A stretch of DNA of 64,000 bases from the human T2T-CHM13v2.0 reference genome, Homo sapiens, in assembly GCF_009914755.1 (NCBI RefSeq), contig NC_060942.1. One strand, 5' to 3'. Every line of letters starts with the position of its first letter. Position 1 is the first letter of the stretch. The translations under genes and the position numbers were made by a program. The notes beneath the pieces were generated by a model. It had not been told where the DNA came from, did no database searches, and saw nothing but the letters and a program-made list of their open reading frames with translations. Below are positions 60,141-64,000 of this stretch, piece by piece.

Positions 60141-61627
60141 ACTCAGTTCTCAGACTGAGAATTTCTTTTTAAAATAGTTCCAAGATATCCAGGAAGTCTG
60201 TCTATGACTGGGATGCAGGAAATGCTGACCTTTTCTGTCACACCCTCCTCCTTCCCCTAAAAACAAACAAACACAAGCAAAGAAAAAAAAAAAATAAAAA
60301 CAAACAAAGAAAATCACCCTCCTTGTTTGAAGGGAAAACCATTGCTTTCCTTCTCCAAGAAAATTTGAGAAAGGATTTAAAATAGTTTCCAAATGGCAAA
60401 AAGATGCTAAATGTTGGAGAAGAGATAAACAGGGTCACTGTCTCCATTACTTCTACTAAGAAATGTCCTTGATTTTAGGATTCTTTGGAAATGTCACTAT
60501 CTTGCCCTCCCGAACCTTCAATGTCTCATGCAGTCTTGGGGAATAATTCTGTCTTCCTCTCTATTCTCATAAAATTAGATTGTTTGTCCTCATCATTTGC
60601 ACCCCTAAATCTGAAGATTGTCTTGCTCGGAAAGACTTGCCTTTTCCTTTTGCTTTTATTTCTCTTTGGTTTCTTCAAAAGCCAGTTTATATATACATTT
60701 TTTCATTTAATTTCTCATGTTCCTAGTTCTTTTTCTAAACTTCTGTCACTTACTGTAGAAATACCTTCATGCTGTTCTCATCATTTATCGTTTTTAATTC
60801 CAGAACACAGTGTGGCGACTCAAGTATAACAAGTGCTTAGCAGTATTTGTGGAAAACAAAGAATATGAGTTAGAAAAAAATGAATAAATAGATCTTGGTT
60901 TGGTCTAATTGTTAGCAAATGCTCACTTTAATTCCAAATCTGTTCAGGTGAAGATTTTCTTGAGTAAGCCATGAGAGTGTATCTTTTTACAACAGAATCT
61001 CAATACTAAGTATATGACTGATATATATCACAGTTTTGGAATTAAATGTGATCTAGTCCAATACTGAGGCTAAACTGATGTAGTATGCTGGAGATTTCTT
61101 TGCAAATTAATTCAAATGAAAGTAGGAGCATGTTTGTTTTAAAAATATGATAAACAATAAATCTGACATCATTTCAGAAGAGAACTTTTAGTTCGTAGAT
61201 ACACTTGATGAAATTTAAGTTTAGAAAATATATTGGGCCAGAATTTTAATGTGAAGGTATGAATTTAAATGTTATAAAAAATTAAATAACTTTTATTTTA
61301 AATGACTCAGAATTAACTACATAACTAATATAATACTTAATATTAAATAAAACATAATAAATAATTTAGATGTTTTCCTTTTTAAGGTACTCTTTCAAGG
61401 CTTTAATAGGAAAGATTATGGAGCATTTGAATAAGGGAAAGAAAGCCAATGAGGCTGGGTTATGAGAGGCAAACTAGAAAGGTAGACAGAGACCCGATCA
61501 CGGTTGGTGTCCAAGGCTCTCTGAAACGTTTTTATGTTATTCTCTAGGAGGCATGATCATCTTCTGATGTCTGACATTTAATATCTCTGTAATATTATGC
61601 AAGTTAATTAGCCTACATCAACACAAC

Positions 61628-61770
61628 AGTGTTTCCATCTGTACTATGCAAATAATAACTGCTTGCTTTGAAAATAATAGTAACTGCTTCCTTGGGTTGT
61701 TGGAAGAATAAAAGAGATCATTTATATTACCTAAGTAAAATGCTTAGTACATATCACTCAACAAATGTAA
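61628..61770 (+). mobile_element. MIR 3' half
   Basis: gtttccatctgta..aataatagtaactgcttccttgggttgttggaagaataaaagagatca..tgcttagtaca..cactcaacaaatg. Confidence 0.7.
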
Positions 61771-61834
61771 ACTCTTGATAGGATCAGTGTTTTGCAGGGT
61801 GACCCATGCAGACAGGAGAAATTAGAGGGCATTA

Positions 61835-62022
61835 AAAGACAGATTCACAAGAGAAAGCAACACTTAATTATGTTGGTTGGCATGGAAATTCACAAGGAAA
61901 TGAGACTCGAGGTGGTTAGAATTTGGGGCTTATATACTGTATTAGTCCATTCTCATGCTGCTAATAAAGACATACCTGAGGCTGGGTAATTAAAAAAAAA
62001 AAGAAAAAAAGAAAAAAAAAAG
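61835..62022 (+). mobile_element. Short processed retro-insertion: ~100 bp LTR-like or unique sequence, 54 bp antisense THE1 end, poly(A), 17-bp TSD
   Basis: gaaattagagggcatta at 61818-61834 and 62023-62039; AATAAA at 61963-61968; A tail at 61992-62021. Confidence 0.85.
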
Positions 62023-63554
62023 GAAATTAGAGGGCATTAGTAATCACACAGATAAAGGAAGGTGTCTCTATGAAGATTAAACATGTATTGTAATTACTGG
62101 AGAATATTTGCTTGCCTAAAATATTCTCTCCCTAGCCAGATTCCTTCACCGTTTCTGACTAAACATAGAATCACTAAAAATAGAACGACACAACCACAAT
62201 ATCATCTTCTCAGGCAATTCCAGCCTACTTTCTCAGCAAAAGCAGTTTCTTCTCTTTCTGGCTGCATTCCTTGCAGGCAATCCGAGCTGCTTGCAAGAAA
62301 ACAAAGTTCCTTGCTCATCTTTGCAGTCCTGAAACCTATTGCTGAGGCAATGCTTTGCCCCAGTCCTGACGGGAGCTCCGTTATCACAAAACCTTCTGTC
62401 GGTTTACTCCTTTGTTCAGGGGCCACTGGAAGAGAAAGACTAAATGCATTCCACCCAGGGCCTGCCTTCGTGTCCACCAGGGAGCAAGGTGTACACAGGA
62501 AGTGGACATTCCGCTGTGGTGGTAGAACCTCCTCTGTCACTCATCAGTGGATGACTGGCTCATTTGACTATTCAGTGCCTGCCCTTTGGACATCTCGCTG
62601 AACTGCAGTCTCTCACAGAGCCCTTATAAGTAATACAGCTGATCCTTTGGCTATGCTATGCTATGCTTGTTTTATTTTCTACACCAAATGAAAAGTAGAT
62701 ATTCACTAGATTTTTTGCTAAATGGAGATAACATTTAATTGAATTCAATAAATGAGAGGAAAAATTAATTAGCCTTAAAGTCTCGTAAGTACATCTATAC
62801 TTTAAAAAATATTGTGTGCTTGCAAAAGCTGCAGATTAATAAATCATCTGCAATGGAATTAAATTTGTGAATATTTATCTCTCTAATATTGTGTAGCAGG
62901 CATATTAGTTAGGAAAATAATGAACCATACAGATGCAGTGGCAAAAATTGCAGCCAACCCAGATATTTTAAATTATTAGAACCATAAGTACAAGGCAACT
63001 AGAAAAACCCACATGTTGAATGAAAAAGAAGAATGAAAACAATGCCAATTTCAGTATAAGCCAATTGAAGGGTCATCTATCTTCTGTACCAGCACAAAAT
63101 CCTTGATGGGGTGACACGACCATCCCAGAAGATCCCATTTAACAGCATTTAGTACTGCTTACATTTACACATTTTTTTAGGATAACTTAAAAGTTCATTT
63201 TATTTCCATGGTTAAAACATAGTTGCCCATACTTTACTGTTAGAAATTGTGTGGCATAGTAGATGTTTATAGAAACATCTTTCGTATCACACGAACGGTG
63301 TGAGAGGGGTTCCAAGCCAACAGAAGTGTTGCTTTCACCTTAGGCACTCTTAAAACTTCAGTTATTTACATCTTAAATAACACATTCAGCTTTTGCAGCT
63401 CTACTTTGAGAAAATGAAAGTGGAGTGTAAGGTTAAAATTAAGATATTTTAAAATAAAGTAACATTTACATAAACTGTATTTCACACATGGAAGATCAAA
63501 CAAATCATCAGAAACAACTCAGCATGAAAATTCATTGTGAATGTCCCAAGAATT

Positions 63555-63665
63555 CCTTTCCTTTCCTTCCCTTCCCTTCCCTCCCCTCCCCTCCCCTCCT
63601 TCCCCTCCCTTCCCCTCCCCTTCCCTCCTTTCCCCTCCCTTCCCCTCCCTTCCCCTCCCCTCTCC
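63555..63665. repeat. (CCCTT/CCCCT)n polypyrimidine repeat
   Basis: ~110 bp of pure C/T pentamer-like repeats. Confidence 0.95.
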
Positions 63666-63907
63666 TGTTCTTTTTCTTTTCTTACTTTTTCTCTTTTTTT
63701 TCTTTTGTTTACACTCAGCTTAAACCTGAGGTATAACTTCAGTTATTCAATGTTACTTTTCTCAGGCACTTTCGTTTTTTTTGTCTTCATCAATAACCCC
63801 CTCCCCGCTAACAAGCATTCCCCCAAAAACACATACACTATTCCACATATGCTCTACAGACCAATTTTGTATACGGCCTCCTCTTTTTTTCCACTTCTGT
63901 GAAATTC

Positions 63908-64000
63908 TTTTTTTTTTTTTTTTGAGACGGAGTCTCGCTCTGTCGCCCAGGCTGGAGTGCAGCGGCGCGATCTCGGCTCACTGCAAGCTCCGCCTCCCGG
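63908..64000 (-). mobile_element. AluY 3' end, truncated by the window edge
   Basis: T16 then gagacggagtctcgctctgtcgcccagg..cactgcaagctccgcctcccgg; AluY diagnostic gcaagctcc; CpGs intact. Confidence 0.95.

Noticed and set aside
62083-62601. 172-aa ORF, the longest in unique sequence
   Set aside because: No recognisable domain and weak start context, and the locally higher GC makes long ORFs more likely by chance. Kept only as a regulatory or lncRNA candidate.
63488-63902. Pro/Ser/Phe-rich ORFs
   Set aside because: They are translations of the (CCCTT)n low-complexity tract.

Overview
This is primate, most likely human, non-coding genomic DNA: AT-rich, CpG-depleted and dense with transposable elements. 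It holds about 10 Alu/FAM SINEs (AluJ, AluS, one young AluY cut by the window end), L1 fragments of several ages, L2 and MIR relics, MaLR solo LTRs (THE1, MST, MLT1), an LTR8-like ERV1 LTR, an LTR33-like ERVL LTR, MER5 DNA transposons, one MADE1 MITE and many microsatellites. I find no credible protein-coding exon, tRNA, rRNA, CpG island or CRISPR array; the ORF track is explained by repeats and chance. I see no new multi-gene system. The most notable local structures are: (1) a ~190-bp polyadenylated insertion flanked by a 17-bp target-site duplication (TSD), ending at an antisense THE1 AATAAA (61.8-62.0 kb); (2) a 23 x 16-bp minisatellite inside an Alu, with higher-order structure (6.6-6.9 kb); (3) a 161-bp direct duplication bracketing 578 bp of unique DNA (9.4-10.3 kb); (4) a MADE1 hairpin with a compensatory base pair; (5) four tandem TTTCAG|GTAA motifs inside an MLT1 LTR; (6) a perfect 19-bp AT-rich inverted repeat. 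Repeat family and subfamily calls come from recalled consensus sequences, not from a RepeatMasker run, and boundaries of old elements are approximate.
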